From assembly GCA_002269645.1 (NCBI GenBank), contig NIVC01000487.1, positions 376,893 to 440,892 on the forward strand: a stretch of 64,000 nt of DNA, in the 5' to 3' direction. The position numbers and the translations under genes were made by a program. This document shows, in pieces, positions 38,426 to 50,852 of the stretch (the first letter of the stretch is position 1; each line of letters starts with the position of its first letter). This DNA comes from Macrostomum lignano. Its lineage: Eukaryota. The notes beneath the pieces were generated by a model. It saw nothing but the letters and a program-made list of their open reading frames with translations, was not told the DNA's origin and did not search any database.

Positions 38426-38950
38426 TTTGAAGAAGTCGAACTGTCGGCCGTGCTCAGCACCTGCTTCATGGAGATGACGGAGGTGCACATGTCAACTGAC
38501 CAGAACGACGGCTCGGAGATTATCGCCCCATCGCGCACTGATAAGCCCTTCTCGTGCTACATCTACGCAAGCATGGGTTGCCGCAGGCACTGGATGGCCA
38601 GCCTGGGTCATGTCTCCAGCGTGACAGAAGACGAGAAGGATGAGCTCACCTTCGATTGCCGCACCGCTGCCGCCGCCGCCGCCGCAGCAGCAGCAGCAAG
38701 CATATCAGCGTCAGAAACTAACTCAGTAACAACAACAATAGATGACACCAACAACTGCCTGACGTTGTGGTTCAGCTATCAGCCAGACAGGGTGCCTGAC
38801 CGAGAGCCTTCAACACTGCTGGTGTTTAAACTGGCGCGATTGGCCAATAATCTACGCAGAATCATGTACAGCAGGTCATCGACTAGGAACAGGGGCTCAA
38901 CTCTGTCAAAAACTAGCGAGAATAGAAGCGAAGATTCGCGGGATCTGTAA
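38426..38950 (+). CDS. Orphan gene, terminal coding exon
   Basis: Pyrimidine-rich acceptor ...gattag|TTT continues EDDL into FEEVELSAVLSTCFMEM...; strong GC3 codon bias; poly-Ala run; stop TAA at 38950. Confidence 0.65.
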   Translation, partial: FEEVELSAVLSTCFMEMTEVHMSTDQNDGSEIIAPSRTDKPFSCYIYASMGCRRHWMASLGHVSSVTEDEKDELTFDCRTAAAAAAAAAAASISASETNSVTTTIDDTNNCLTLWFSYQPDRVPDREPSTLLVFKLARLANNLRRIMYSRSSTRNRGSTLSKTSENRSEDSRDL

Positions 38951-39062
38951 ACTGGGTGCATATTTGGACTTCGATTTTGCCACGCTGAAAGCTATTCCAA
39001 CAATCAGCTTGTATAGAGCTAATCAAGATTTTATTATGAATGCTGCGAGACACAGACACACA

Positions 39063-39335
39063 CCATGTCCATGCACTATCAACCCCCTTAACCATGCCCG
39101 CAAACCCACTTTAGTATAGGCGCGATTCTGATTGGCTGCGCAACTGACTTTCAAGCTAGCCACCCCACGCCATGTCCATGCACTATCAACCCCCTAAACC
39201 TAACCACAACCCCACTCTATAGTATAGGCTCGATTCGGATTGGCTGTGCGACTGACCTTCAAGCCAGCCACCTCACGCCATGTTCATGCGCGAATAACCC
39301 CCCCCCACTAACCATGTCCACAGCACCACTCTAGC
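39063..39335. repeat. About 108-bp tandem repeat, 2.5 copies
   Basis: catgtccatgcactatcaacccc...gattggctg...gccacc recurs at about 39063, 39170 and 39278. Confidence 0.8.
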
Positions 39336-39747
39336 AAAGGCATATATCACACCAGTTGCTCAGATATTTGCTGATCTGAATCTATGCAATGGATATCAAT
39401 ACAGACGTTAGTAACCACACCAATGTCGTAATAAACTTTTGTGTGGCAAACTCAAGTTCTCGCAAAAGTGCTTAGCCTGATCTCTACACTCCATGCTTGT
39501 TGCTTGCCTGTCTGCGACACTTTTACCACATCATTTTTCTCATTTACTCGCTTTTTTGCATTATAAATATAAAGCAATAGCACATTTGGGTCATATTTCA
39601 TTTTGGCAAAACATTTTTTCTCTCGCACAGCAGTGACTGCTGACGTTAATCTTAAAGTGCGCTTTTTAACAGCTTTTTCTAAAACGAAGATTTAAATCAA
39701 ACCAATAAAAAACAAAGAAAAGCTGTTCTTGGCCATCTATAAGCAGT

Positions 39748-40220
39748 CTGCATTGAGCTCTTGGCCACTTGAGCAGTCTGGTTGAGCTCTTGGCCATCTG
39801 AGCAAACTGCATTGAGCTCTTGGTTATCTGAGCAGTATGAATTGAGCTCTTGGTTATCTGAGCAGTATGAATTGAGCTCTTGGTTATCTGAGCAGTATGA
39901 ATTGAGCTCTTGGTTATCTGAGCAGTATGAATTGAGCTCTTGGTTATCTGAGCAGTATGAATTGAGCTCTTGGTTATCTGAGCAGTATGAATTGAGCTCT
40001 TGGTTATCTGAGCAGTATGAATTGAGCTCTTGGTTATCTGAGCAGTATGATGAGCAGTATGAATTGAGCTCTTGGTTATCTGAGCAGTATGAATTGAGCT
40101 CTTGGTTATCTGAGCAGTATGAATTGAGCTCTTGGTTATCTGAGCAGTATGAATTGAGCTCTTGGTTATCTGAGCAGTATGAATTGAGCTCTTGGTCATC
40201 TGAGCAATCTGCATTGAGCA
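39748..40220. repeat. 30-bp minisatellite (attgagctcttggttatctgagcagtatga)
   Basis: Tandem units. Confidence 0.95.
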
Positions 40221-40916
40221 CTGTACCAGTTAAGCAATAACTGTTACAATATGCCTGTCACATTAAAAAGACTAAGCCACAAGATTAAAATACCAAATAA
40301 TATTTGATAGATTTGCAATCGACAACACAACCAAACAATACTAAATGTTCTACACATCAAGATCCAACCAATTCTAAAAAAAAATTATAGGAAACAAAAG
40401 CTTCTATTCAGAGTATTCAAAACCTCATATCAGCAATGCTAGAAGCAGGACAAGTGCTTTATAAGCCAATATAAGAAAACTATTTCATATGAGGTCGTTT
40501 GCTGCGCTCTATCCGACCATACATTTTTAGCGGGTAGAATTAACTAAAAAAGCAAAACTACTCTAACGCATAGTTTTGTAAAGCCAAATACAAATAAAAA
40601 TATTTCAAAGTATATTCTATAAAAGCTAAAATGCACTTGCTAAATTATAGCTACGAGTATGGGGCAAAGTTGAAATTGATCAAAATGGTGCCAACCAAAC
40701 AGCTAAATCAAAACAGTGTTGTAGATAAACTATTTGAATGATACAAAAACATTTTGCGTGAAATAATTATTAAAGAAAAATATCACATTTCAATGGGCAC
40801 AACACATCTGACAGTGGGTACAGAACACCTGACACCTGACACAAGAGGCTGGACAATGGGCATAGTACACCTGACATTGAACACAGCACATAGGAAAAGA
40901 CACAACGGGTTGGAAA

Positions 40917-42290
40917 CAACAGGCCAGACACAGTAGGCAAGACACAGTAGGCCAGACACAACAGGCCAGACAAAGTAGACCAGACACAGTAGGCCAGACA
41001 CAACAGGCCAGACAAAGTAGACCAGACACAGTAGGCCAGACACAACAGGCCAGACAAAGTAGATCAGACACAGTAGGCCAGACACAACAGGCCAGACAAA
41101 GTAGACCAGACACAGTAGGCCAGACACAACAGGCCAGACAAAACAGACAAGACACAACAGGACAGACACAACAGGCCAGACAAAACAGACAAGACACAAC
41201 AGGCCAGACAAAACAGGCCAGACAAAACAGACAAGACACAACAGGACAGACACAACAGGCCAGACAAAACAGACAAGACACAACAGGCCAGACAAAACAG
41301 GCCAGACAAAACAGACAAGACACAACAGGACAGACACAACAGGCCAGACAAAACAGACAAGACACAACAGGACAGACACAACAGGCCAGACAAAACAGAC
41401 AAGACACAACAGGCCAGACAAAACAGGCCAGACAAAACAGGCCAGACAAAACAGACAAGACACAACAGGACAGACACAACAGGCCAGACAAAACAGACAA
41501 GACACAACAGGACAGACACAACAGGCCAGACACAACAGGACAGACACAACAGGCCAGACAAAACAGACAAGACACAACAGGACAGACACAACAGGCCAGA
41601 CAAAACAGACAAGACACAACAGGACAGACACAACAGGCCAGACAAAACAGACAAGACACAACAGGACAGACACAACAGGACAGACACAACAGGCCAGACA
41701 CAACAGGACAGACACAACAGGACAGACACAACAGGCCAGACAAAACAGACAAGACACAACAGGACAGACACAACAGGCCAGACAAAACAGACAAGACACA
41801 ACAGGACAGACACAACAGGCCAGACAAAACAGACAAGACACAACAGGACAGACACAACAGGCCAGACAAAACAGACAAGACACAACAGGACAGACACAAC
41901 AGGCCAGACAAAACAGACAAGACACAACAGGACAGACACAACAGGCCAGACAAAACAGACAAGACACAACAGGACAGACACAACAGGCCAGACAAAACAG
42001 ACAAGACACAACAGGACAGACACAACAGGCCAGACAAAACAGACAAGACACAACAGGACAGACACAACAGGCCAGACAAAACAGACAAGACACAACAGGA
42101 CAGACACAACAGGCCAGACAAAACAGACAAGACACAACAGGACAGACACAACAGGCCAGACAAAACAGACAAGACACAACAGGACAGACACAACAGGCCA
42201 GACAAAACAGACAAGACACAACAGGACAGACACAACAGGCCAGACAAAACAGACCAAACACAACAGACCAGACACAACAGGCCAAACACA
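40917..42290. repeat. Composite A/C-rich minisatellite (cacaacaggccagac / aaaacagacaaga)
   Basis: 13-14-bp subunits arranged in higher-order units. Confidence 0.95.
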
Positions 42291-43196
42291 AGAAACCAAT
42301 CATTGCGATTCTGCACGCCACTCAACCCTAGAAAGACGCCAAGTGAAAAAACTGCTTATTAAAAAATCAAATAAAAAAATCGCAATGAAAATGATGGCGC
42401 CAAACAGTTGCTAGGCAAGTTTCAGCCTGTGAAAACTGATTGTAGGCTGCGAAAAAAAAGCGAGCATAAAAGACATATGGCTCCTAGATGGAGAAAAAAT
42501 CCGCTTACAACAGCTAGTGGGCGATTCAGATTAAAATATTAAGAAGCCCGTCCCCGTTCAATCAGGCGAAAATACTGGGATAGCCCCAGGTGCGCGGCTC
42601 GACCAATTAAATCAAATTTTCTACCTACAAAATATTGACAAAATTGCGCTAGAAATTTTGCTGGCCTAGCCTAAAGCTTAGCTTTCTATTTTTTCTTTTA
42701 AAAGTAGAAATTCTATTAAGTAGACAGGGACAAATCTCATATATGAAACACTAGATAGGCCACTTCCTCAGCATAATCCGTATGATCATTGGTTCAGAGC
42801 TTTTGTCTATGGCCCAAACCGATAGATCCAATGTGTCATTGCAATTAGCACTCAATTGCCCCCAGAACAAGCATAGCATAGGTAATAACTAGTGGCCTAT
42901 CTAATGTTGGGTTGAATCTAAAATATAAGTCTGCGGTGAGTATTAAAACACAATAAATAATACAAATTGATAAATTAAGTTACAACAGAGACTCTAAACT
43001 GCCTTATTGAGCACGAGTACAGTTCACAGTGGCTAGGCCGGCGGTCTGAGCGAATACTCTTGCATTATTCTATCCAGACTTTGTCGGGAACCTGAAATGA
43101 TTCAAATTGGAATAGAATTGGAAACACAATATTATTAAACACTTGCGCTGTAAGCATATGAGATCCATAACTAAGTAAGATTGTATGGAAGCGGAG

Positions 43197-44158
43197 GCAG
43201 ATTCAAAGACTGATTGATGGAGAGCTGAGAGGCAGATTCAAGAGAACTGATTGATGGAGAGCTGAGAGGCAGATTCAAGGACTGATTGAGGGAGAGCTGA
43301 GAGGCAGATTCAAGGACTGATTGATGGAGAGCTGAGAGGCAGATTCAAGGACTGATTGATGGAGAGCTGAGAGGCAGATTCAAGGACTGATTGATGGAGA
43401 GCTGAGAGGCAGATTCAAGGACTGATTGAGGGAGAGCTGAGAGGCAGATTCAAGGACTGATTGAGGGAGAGCTGAGAGGCAGATTCAAGGACTGATTGAT
43501 GGAGAGCTGAGAGGCAGATTCAAGGACTGATTGAGGGAGAGCTGAGAGGCAGATTCAAGGACTGATTGAGGGAGAGCTGAGAGGCAGATTCAAGGACTGA
43601 TTGAGGGAGAGCTGAGAGGCAGATTCAAGGACTGATTGATGGAGAGCTGAGAGGCAGATTCAAGGACTGATTGATGGAGAGCTGAGAGGCAGATTCAAGG
43701 ACTGATTGAGGGAGAGCTGAGAGGCAGATTCAAGGACTGATTGAGGGAGAGCTGAGAGGCAGATTCAAGGACTGGTTGATGGAGAGCTGAGAGGCAGATT
43801 CAAGGACTGATTGAGGGAGAGCTGAGAGGCAGATTCAAGGACTGATTGATGGAGAGCTGAGAGGCAGATTCAAGGACTGATTGAGGGAGAGCTGAGAGGC
43901 AGATTCAAGAACTGATTGAGGGAGAGCTGAGAGGCAGATTCAAGGACTGATTGAGGGAGAGCTGAGAGGCAGATTCAAGGACTGATTGATGGAGAGCTGA
44001 GAGGCAGATTCAAGGACTGATTGAGGGAGAGCTGAGAGGCAGATTCAAGAACTGATTGAGGGAGAGCTGAGAGGCAGATTCAAGGACTGATTGAGGGAGA
44101 GCTGAGAGGCAGATTCAAGAACTGATTGAGTGAGCTGAGAGGCAGATTCAAGGACAGA
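43197..44158. repeat. 35-bp minisatellite (gattcaaggactgattgagggagagctgagaggca)
   Basis: About 27 units ending about 90 bp from the ASPG stop. Confidence 0.96.
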
Positions 44159-44250
44159 TTCAAAGTAGTAGTTGCACTTTGAATAAAAGCGCCGGAGCAG
44201 CATACAAAGCTTTACGCACCGCAACAGCCTCAACAGCCCTAAAAAAGGAA

Positions 44251-44937
44251 TCAGGCATAATCGGGCAGCGTTTCCAAGAAAGCGGTCACGGTGTCGCAGC
44301 CGCGGTCCCTGGCCAGCTGCAGCGGCGACCGGCCGAGCAAGTCGAGCGGCTTGGCCGGCACCCGGACCTCGCGGCAGAGAAATCGCACCACATGCAGGTG
44401 GCCGTGCAAAGCGGCCGTGTGCAGCGGAGTGAAGCGGTTGTAGTCGGTGAGGCGCAGGTCCGACCCGGCGGTCCAGTGCATTCGCAGGGAGGCCAAATCG
44501 CCGGTTGCAGCCAGGGCGTTCAGCCGGGAGCCAGTCTGGGCCAGGGAGCGGCCGCTGGCGCCACCAACGCTGGCTAGCAGCTGGGCGAGCTCGGCGTCGC
44601 CTCGGTCTAGCGCAATGTCCAAGGCGGTGCGGCAGCGCTCGTCCTTGGCGTGCAGAGCGGCGCCGCGGTGCAGCAGATAGCGGACCATGTCGGTGCGGCC
44701 GTGAGCGGCGGCCAGGTGAAGCGGGCCGGCGCGGAATTTATATTTGCCGGAGTTCAACGTGGCCAAGTTGAACTCGCTGCCGCGGAGCAGCTGCTCAGCC
44801 CGGTCAAAGTGGCCGGAGACAGCCAGGGCGTTGAGCAGGGCCGGGGCAAAGTAGTCGCGCGACAGGGTGATACCGGCGAATGCGCACTGGTCGGATAGGT
44901 GGGCGCACATGCGGTCTAGCAGGGCCGGCTGGTCGGT
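44251..44937 (-). CDS. ASPG: L-asparaginase/lysophospholipase (ASPG), exon 4: ankyrin repeats
   Basis: ccgcag|ACC acceptor; GPLHLAAAHGRTDMVRYLL, DERCRTALDIA, DYNRFTPLHTAALHG, DLLGRSPLQLA; 687 bp in frame. Confidence 0.9.
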   Translation of the reverse strand, partial: TDQPALLDRMCAHLSDQCAFAGITLSRDYFAPALLNALAVSGHFDRAEQLLRGSEFNLATLNSGKYKFRAGPLHLAAAHGRTDMVRYLLHRGAALHAKDERCRTALDIALDRGDAELAQLLASVGGASGRSLAQTGSRLNALAATGDLASLRMHWTAGSDLRLTDYNRFTPLHTAALHGHLHVVRFLCREVRVPAKPLDLLGRSPLQLARDRGCDTVTAFLETLPDYA

Positions 44938-45211
44938 CTGCGGATGGCGAGCCAATTCAGGCATATGGAGATAGGGCGGGAATGCAAAGGGGATGCTATG
45001 GCCTAGTTACTAGGTCACGGAAGCGCTTTAGGCGAGGAGGCTAGCAGTCATGCCCGTTTTGCTGACCCCTGAGTACGCACATGCATTATACGTAAGCAGG
45101 CACACGCAGTCACAGGTTGTACAGCGACCTTAACTTTCGTATTGATAGGCATGTAAACACTCTGCGCCTTGGGGCTTGGATCTCCGGGCCAAACCAATGT
45201 GGTCTACTACA

Positions 45212-45850
45212 GAATGGGAGCTGCAAAAAGGGAAGATGGAATGGGAGCTACAGATAGGCAAGATGGAATGGGAGCTACAGATAGGGAAGATGGAATGGGA
45301 GCTACAGATAGGCAAGATGGAATGGGAGCTACAGATAGGGAAGATGGAATGGGAGCTACAGATAGGGAAGATGGAATGGGAGCTACAGAAGGGGAAGATG
45401 GAATGGGAGCTACAGATAGGGAAGATGGAATGGGAGCTACAGATAGGGAAGATGGAATGGGAGCTACAGATAGGGAAGATGGAATGGGAGCTACAGATAG
45501 GGAAGATGGAATGGGAGCTACAGATAGGGAAGATGAAATGGGAGCTACAGATAGGGAAGATGGAATGGGAGCTACAGAAGGGGAAGATGGAATGGGAGCT
45601 ACAGATAGGGAAGATGGAATGGGAGCTACAGATAGGGAAGATGGAATGGGAGCTACAGAAGGGGAAGATGGAATGGGAGCTACAGAAGATGAGGATGGAA
45701 TGGGAGCTACAGAAGGGGAAGATGGAATGGGAGCTACAGAAGGGGAAGATGGAATGGGAGCTACAGAAGGGGAAGATGGAATGGGAGCTACAGAAGGGGA
45801 AGATGGGATGGAATGGGAGCTGCAAATGAGATGGAATGGGAGCTGCAGAA
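45212..45850. repeat. 27-bp minisatellite in ASPG intron 3 (gatggaatgggagctacagatagggaa)
   Basis: Tandem units. Confidence 0.95.
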
Positions 45851-45984
45851 GGGAAGGTGGGATTGGCGAAGATACAGCGGCGATGGATGGAGACTGAATC
45901 TATCTTAAATAAAAATGACATGCCACACAAGCAAGCTACTGCAAGTAGGCACACAGAGAACGGTAGAATAAATGAGCACTCAAC

Positions 45985-46425
45985 CCGAGCCTGATCAATC
46001 GGGGCGCGCCTCTCGCCGTCCTGCTCGACGCCTTCGGAAAAGTCGGCAACGGAGGTGGCCTCGCCGCGAAGGCTTCGCTGTAATTTGCGCCGCTTGTGCT
46101 CCAGCGGCCAGTCCTCCTTGCTGAGCACGTAGGCCAGCTTGGACAGAGCCGCCTCCGGGACCATGTCGGCGCCGGACAGGACACCGGCCTCGGCCAGCAC
46201 CTGTCCGGTGCGATAGATGACGGAGACTGGGCCGCGCTGGCACTGGGATATGTTAACAACCAGCACGCCGCGGTCGCTGGCCTCGCGCAGTGCGGCCAGC
46301 ATAGAGTCATTAATTGGGAAATTTCCGGCTCCGTAGGATTGCAGCACCAAGCCGCGGATTGGCGGCTTGAGGAACTCGCAGATTAGCTGCGTTGTCATGG
46401 AGGGGAACAGGCGGAGTAGGATCAC
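45985..46425 (-). CDS. ASPG: ASPG exon 3: asparaginase C-terminal domain
   Basis: ttgcag|GTG; LRLFPSM...GLVLQSYGAGNFP...VNISQC...GADMVPEAALSKLAYVL; 441 bp; donor cgg|gttgag. Confidence 0.92.
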
Positions 46426-46519
46426 CTGCAATTCGAATTTGGGTTAGTAACGGTATTAACTGTGCAGCAACTGATCTGAAATGAGCAATCAATCATGTTG
46501 TCTTTTGTGAGTATGCACG

Positions 46520-48938
46520 CGTTCACACCTGTCTTTCATGACTATCTACCAGTGTTCACACCTGTCTTTCATGACTATCTACCAGTGTTCACGCCTGTCT
46601 TTCATGACTATCTGCCAGTGTTCACGCCTGTCTTTCATGACTATCTGCCAGTGTTCACGCCTGTCTTTCATGACTATCTACCAGTGTTCACGCCTGTCTT
46701 TCATGACTATCTGCCAGTGTTCACGCCTGTCTTTCATGACTATCTGCCAGTGTTCACGCCTGTCTTTCATGACTATCTACCAGTGTTCACGCCTGTCTTT
46801 CATGACTATCTACCAGTGTTCACGCCTGTCTTTCATGACTATCTGTACCAGTGTTCACGCCTGTCTTTCATGACTATCTACCAGTGTTCACGCCTGTCTT
46901 TCATGACTATCTACCAGTGTTCACGCCTGTCTTTCATGACTATCTGCCAGTGTTCACGCCTGTCTTTCATGACTATCTACCAGTGTTCACGCCTGTCTTT
47001 CATGACTATCTACCAGTGTTCACGCCTGTCTTTCATGACTATCTACCAGTGTTCACGCCTGTCTTTCATGACTATCTGCCAGTGTTCACGCCTGTCTTTC
47101 ATGACTATCTACCAGTGTTCACGCCTGTCTTTCATGACTATCTACCAGTGTTCACGCCTGTCTTTCATGACTATCTGTACCAGTGTTCACGCCTGTCTTT
47201 CATGACTATCTACCAGTGTTCACGCCTGTCTTTCATGACTATCTACCAGTGTTCACGCCTGTCTTTCATGACTATCTGCCAGTGTTCACGCCTGTCTTTC
47301 ATGACTATCTACCAGTGTTCACGCCTGTCTTTCATGACTATCTACCAGTGTTCACGCCTGTCTTTCATGACTATCTACCAGTGTTCACGCCTGTCTTTCA
47401 TGACTATCTGCCAGTGTTCACGCCTGTCTTTCATGACTATCTGCCAGTGTTCACGCCTGTCTTTCATGACTATCTACCAGTGTTCACGCCTGTCTTTCAT
47501 GACTATCTGCCAGTGTTCACGCCTGTCTTTCATGACTATCTGCCAGTGTTCACGCCTGTCTTTCATGACTATCTACCAGTGTTCACGCCTGTCTTTCATG
47601 ACTATCTACCAGTGTTCACGCCTGTCTTTCATGACTATCTACCAGTGTTCACGCCTGTCTTTCATGACTATCTGTACCAGTGTTCACGCCTGTCTTTCAT
47701 GACTATCTACCAGTGTTCACGCCTGTCTTTCATGACTATCTACCAGTGTGCACGCCTGTCTTTCATGACTATCTACCAGTGTTCACGCCTGTCTTTCATG
47801 ACTATCTACCAGTGTTCACGCCTGTCTTTCATGACTATCTACCAGTGTTCACGCCTGTCTTTCATGACTATCTGTACCAGTGTTCACGCCTGTCTTTCAT
47901 GACTATCTACCAGTGTTCACGCCTGTCTTTTATGACTATCTACCAGTGTTCACGCCTGTCTTTCATGACTATCTACCAGTGTTCACGCCTGTCTTTTATG
48001 ACTATCTACCAGTGTTCACGCCTGTCTTTCATGACTATCTGTACCAGTGTTCACGCCTGTCTTTCATGACTATCTACCAGTGTTCACGCCTGTCTTTTAT
48101 GACTATCTACCAGTGTTCACGCCTGTCTTTCATGACTATCTGTACCAGTGTTCACGCCTGTCTTTCATGACTATCTACCAGTGTTCACGCCTGTCTTTCA
48201 TGACTATCTACCAGTGTTCACGCCTGTCTTTCATGACTATCTGTACCAGTGTTCACGCCTGTCTTTCATGACTATCTACCAGTGTTCACGCCTGTCTTTC
48301 ATGACTATCTACCAGTGTTCACGCCTGTCTTTCATGACTATCTACCAGTGTTCACGCCTGTCTTTCATGACTATCTGTACCAGTGTTCACGCCTGTCTTT
48401 CATGACTATCTACCAGTGTTCACGCCTGTCTTTCATGACTATCTGTACCAGTGTTCACGCCTGTCTTTCATGACTATCTACCAGTGTTCACGCCTGTCTT
48501 TCATGACTATCTACCAGTGTTCACGCCTGTCTTTCATGACTATCTGTACCAGTGTTCACGCCTGTCTTTCATGACTATCTACCAGTGTTCACGCCTGTCT
48601 TTCATGACTATCTACCAGTGTTCACGCCTGTCTTTCATGACTATCTACCAGTGTTCACGCCTGTCTTTCATGACTATCTACCAGTGTTCACGCCTGTCTT
48701 TCATGACTATCTACCAGTGTTCACGCCTGTCTTTCATGACTATCTACCAGTGTTCACGCCTGTCTTTCATGACTATCTGTACCAGTGTTCACGCCTGTCT
48801 TTCATGACTATCTGTACCAGTGTTCACGCCTGTCTTTCATGACTATCTACCAGTGTTCACGCCTGCCTTTCATGACTATCTACCAGTGTTCACGCCTGTC
48901 TTTCATGACTATCTACCAGTGTTCACACGTGTCTTTCA
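46520..48938. repeat. 33-bp minisatellite in ASPG intron 2 (ccagtgttcacgcctgtctttcatgactatcta)
   Basis: About 73 units, with recurring 35-bp variants. Confidence 0.97.
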
Positions 48939-48971
48939 CAAGTCCCCTACAGTTAAAATTATGGCTCGCAC

Positions 48972-49697
48972 CTGATTGCACAGTGTATCGTGCACCCGGA
49001 ATTTCCTAGTATGATCGGCTCCAAGCACCCGGTGCCAGTACACGTGCACATCAATGCCCAGCTTAGCCAACGGATTACAATTAGGCGAGGCGAATGCGTC
49101 AAAGTCGTTAGTTGAAATCTTCGTACACCGGTTGCCGCGCAACAACTCGTTATGAAAGAAGACGCAAACCTCGGGCACGCAGTAGAATCCAGCCAAGATT
49201 AATGCGCCTAGAAAGTTGTCGCGGCCATCGCTGCGGCATTCAATAATAGGAATCTGGGAGCCAGTGACAATAACCGGCTTGCCGAGATTCTCAAGCAGGA
49301 AGGACAGAGCCGAGGCTGTATAGCACATCGTGTCCGTGCCGTGCAGTATGACAAAGCCGTCAAAGAAGTCGTACTCAAGGCCAATATCGGCCGCTATGCG
49401 CAGGTGATCGTCCATGGTCATGTCGGACGAGTCTAGCAGCGGCTCGTACTCGTAGATGACGTACAACAGGGTCCGGTTGCCAACGCTAGTGGGCAGAGCG
49501 AATGGCAGGTCAACGGCGCCCAGACTGGTGTCAGTGGCGATCTCCCAATCGTCCTCGGTCATTAGGGAGCGCAGGCATTGGTTATCGTGCAATACCTTTG
49601 TGTGGCGAATAGCATCTCCCAGGTAATTGGCTACGGGTACGTAGGCGCCGTTCTCTGATTTCATACCGATTGTGCCGCCAGTGTACAGTACCAGGAC
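48972..49697 (-). CDS. ASPG: ASPG exon 2: asparaginase N-terminal catalytic domain
   Basis: ctctcag|GTC; VLVLYTGGTIGM, DSSDMT, GFVILHGTDTMCYTASALSF, KPVIVTGSQIP, RGNRCTKIS; 726 bp; donor cag|gtgcga. Confidence 0.96.
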
Positions 49698-49980
49698 CTG
49701 AGAGTAGAAGTTGAATAACAAATAGCCTTATATTACTTGATGATTTTCGCCCGGCGCTCCTACTGAATAGTAGCAAGATAAGAATGTGAAGCGAATCTTT
49801 ATAGTGTACACAAAAACAGTTGCGCAATTTTAGGTAAACTAGCAATCATCGCCCCACGTTAGGGAGGCAACAGAGAGAGGAATTATATTTTTCGAATAAA
49901 CTATAAATGTAGCATTTGACCTTTCACAGTCACAAAGTTAGTTTCTGAAGAAAAACATCTTTTTAAAGCAAAAACATGAA

Positions 49981-50397
49981 CTTTCACATCTCAGCAGTTC
50001 CCTCATGAGCCTTGAAATCTTAGTGATTCCCCCATGAGCCTTGACATCTCAGTGATTGCCCTATGAGCCTTGACATCTAAGCAGTTCCCCATGAACTTTG
50101 ACATCTTCGCAGTTCCCCATAAGCCTTGACATCTTAGCAATTCCCCCATGAGCCTTGACCTCTCAGCAGTTCCCCCTGAGCCTTGACATCTCAGGGATTC
50201 CCCCCTGAGCCTTGACATCTAAGCAGTTCCCCATGAGCTTTGACATCTTCGCAGTTCCCCCATGAGCCTTGACATCTCAGCAGTTCCCCATGAGCCTTGA
50301 CCTCTCAGCAGTTCCCCCTGAGCCTTGACATCTCAGGGATTCCCCCCTGAGCCTGGACATCTCAGCAATTTCCCCATGAGCCTGGACATCTCAGCAG
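49981..50397. repeat. About 29-bp degenerate minisatellite in ASPG intron 1 (gagccttgacatctcagcagttcccccat)
   Basis: Tandem units. Confidence 0.9.
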
Positions 50398-50519
50398 CCT
50401 GTAATAATACTAAAATAAAGTAGATGTACCCGTACTGGCTTAGCAATAACCAAGGCCAATTCTGCTTAGCTTGGAAAGACGAAAAATATGGAAACGGGAG
50501 TTATGCTATAAACTTTTAC

Positions 50520-50852
50520 CTTTGACACCTTGGTTAGTGTCAGATCGAGCAGTTCCATAGCTTGGAAAGCCATAGTGAAGTTGAATTTTTTCAACTGCTT
50601 AGGCTGATAATTCTGGTCAATAGTGCTTTGAAACGGAGCCGACAGGCTGTGAACCCGGCCGCGGTGCTGCGCCTCGGCCAGCATGCGGGCCATCCGATCG
50701 CCGAATTCCTTCTTACGCGATTGCAGCACCTTTGACGGGCTCATTGGAGTCTGTGAGGAGCTGGAGCTGCCAGTGGCAGCGGCGGCAGCTTCATTAGATT
50801 CCGATGGCACAGCGCCGCTGTTGCTGCTGTCGGCAAATACTTCGGGATCCAT
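50520..50852 (-). CDS. ASPG: ASPG exon 1: low-complexity N-terminal extension
   Basis: ATG at 50852 reads MDPEVFADSS...LTKVSK, then aag|gtaaaa donor (phase 0), in frame with VLVLYTGG. Joined CDS is 2187 bp = 728 aa. Confidence 0.7.
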
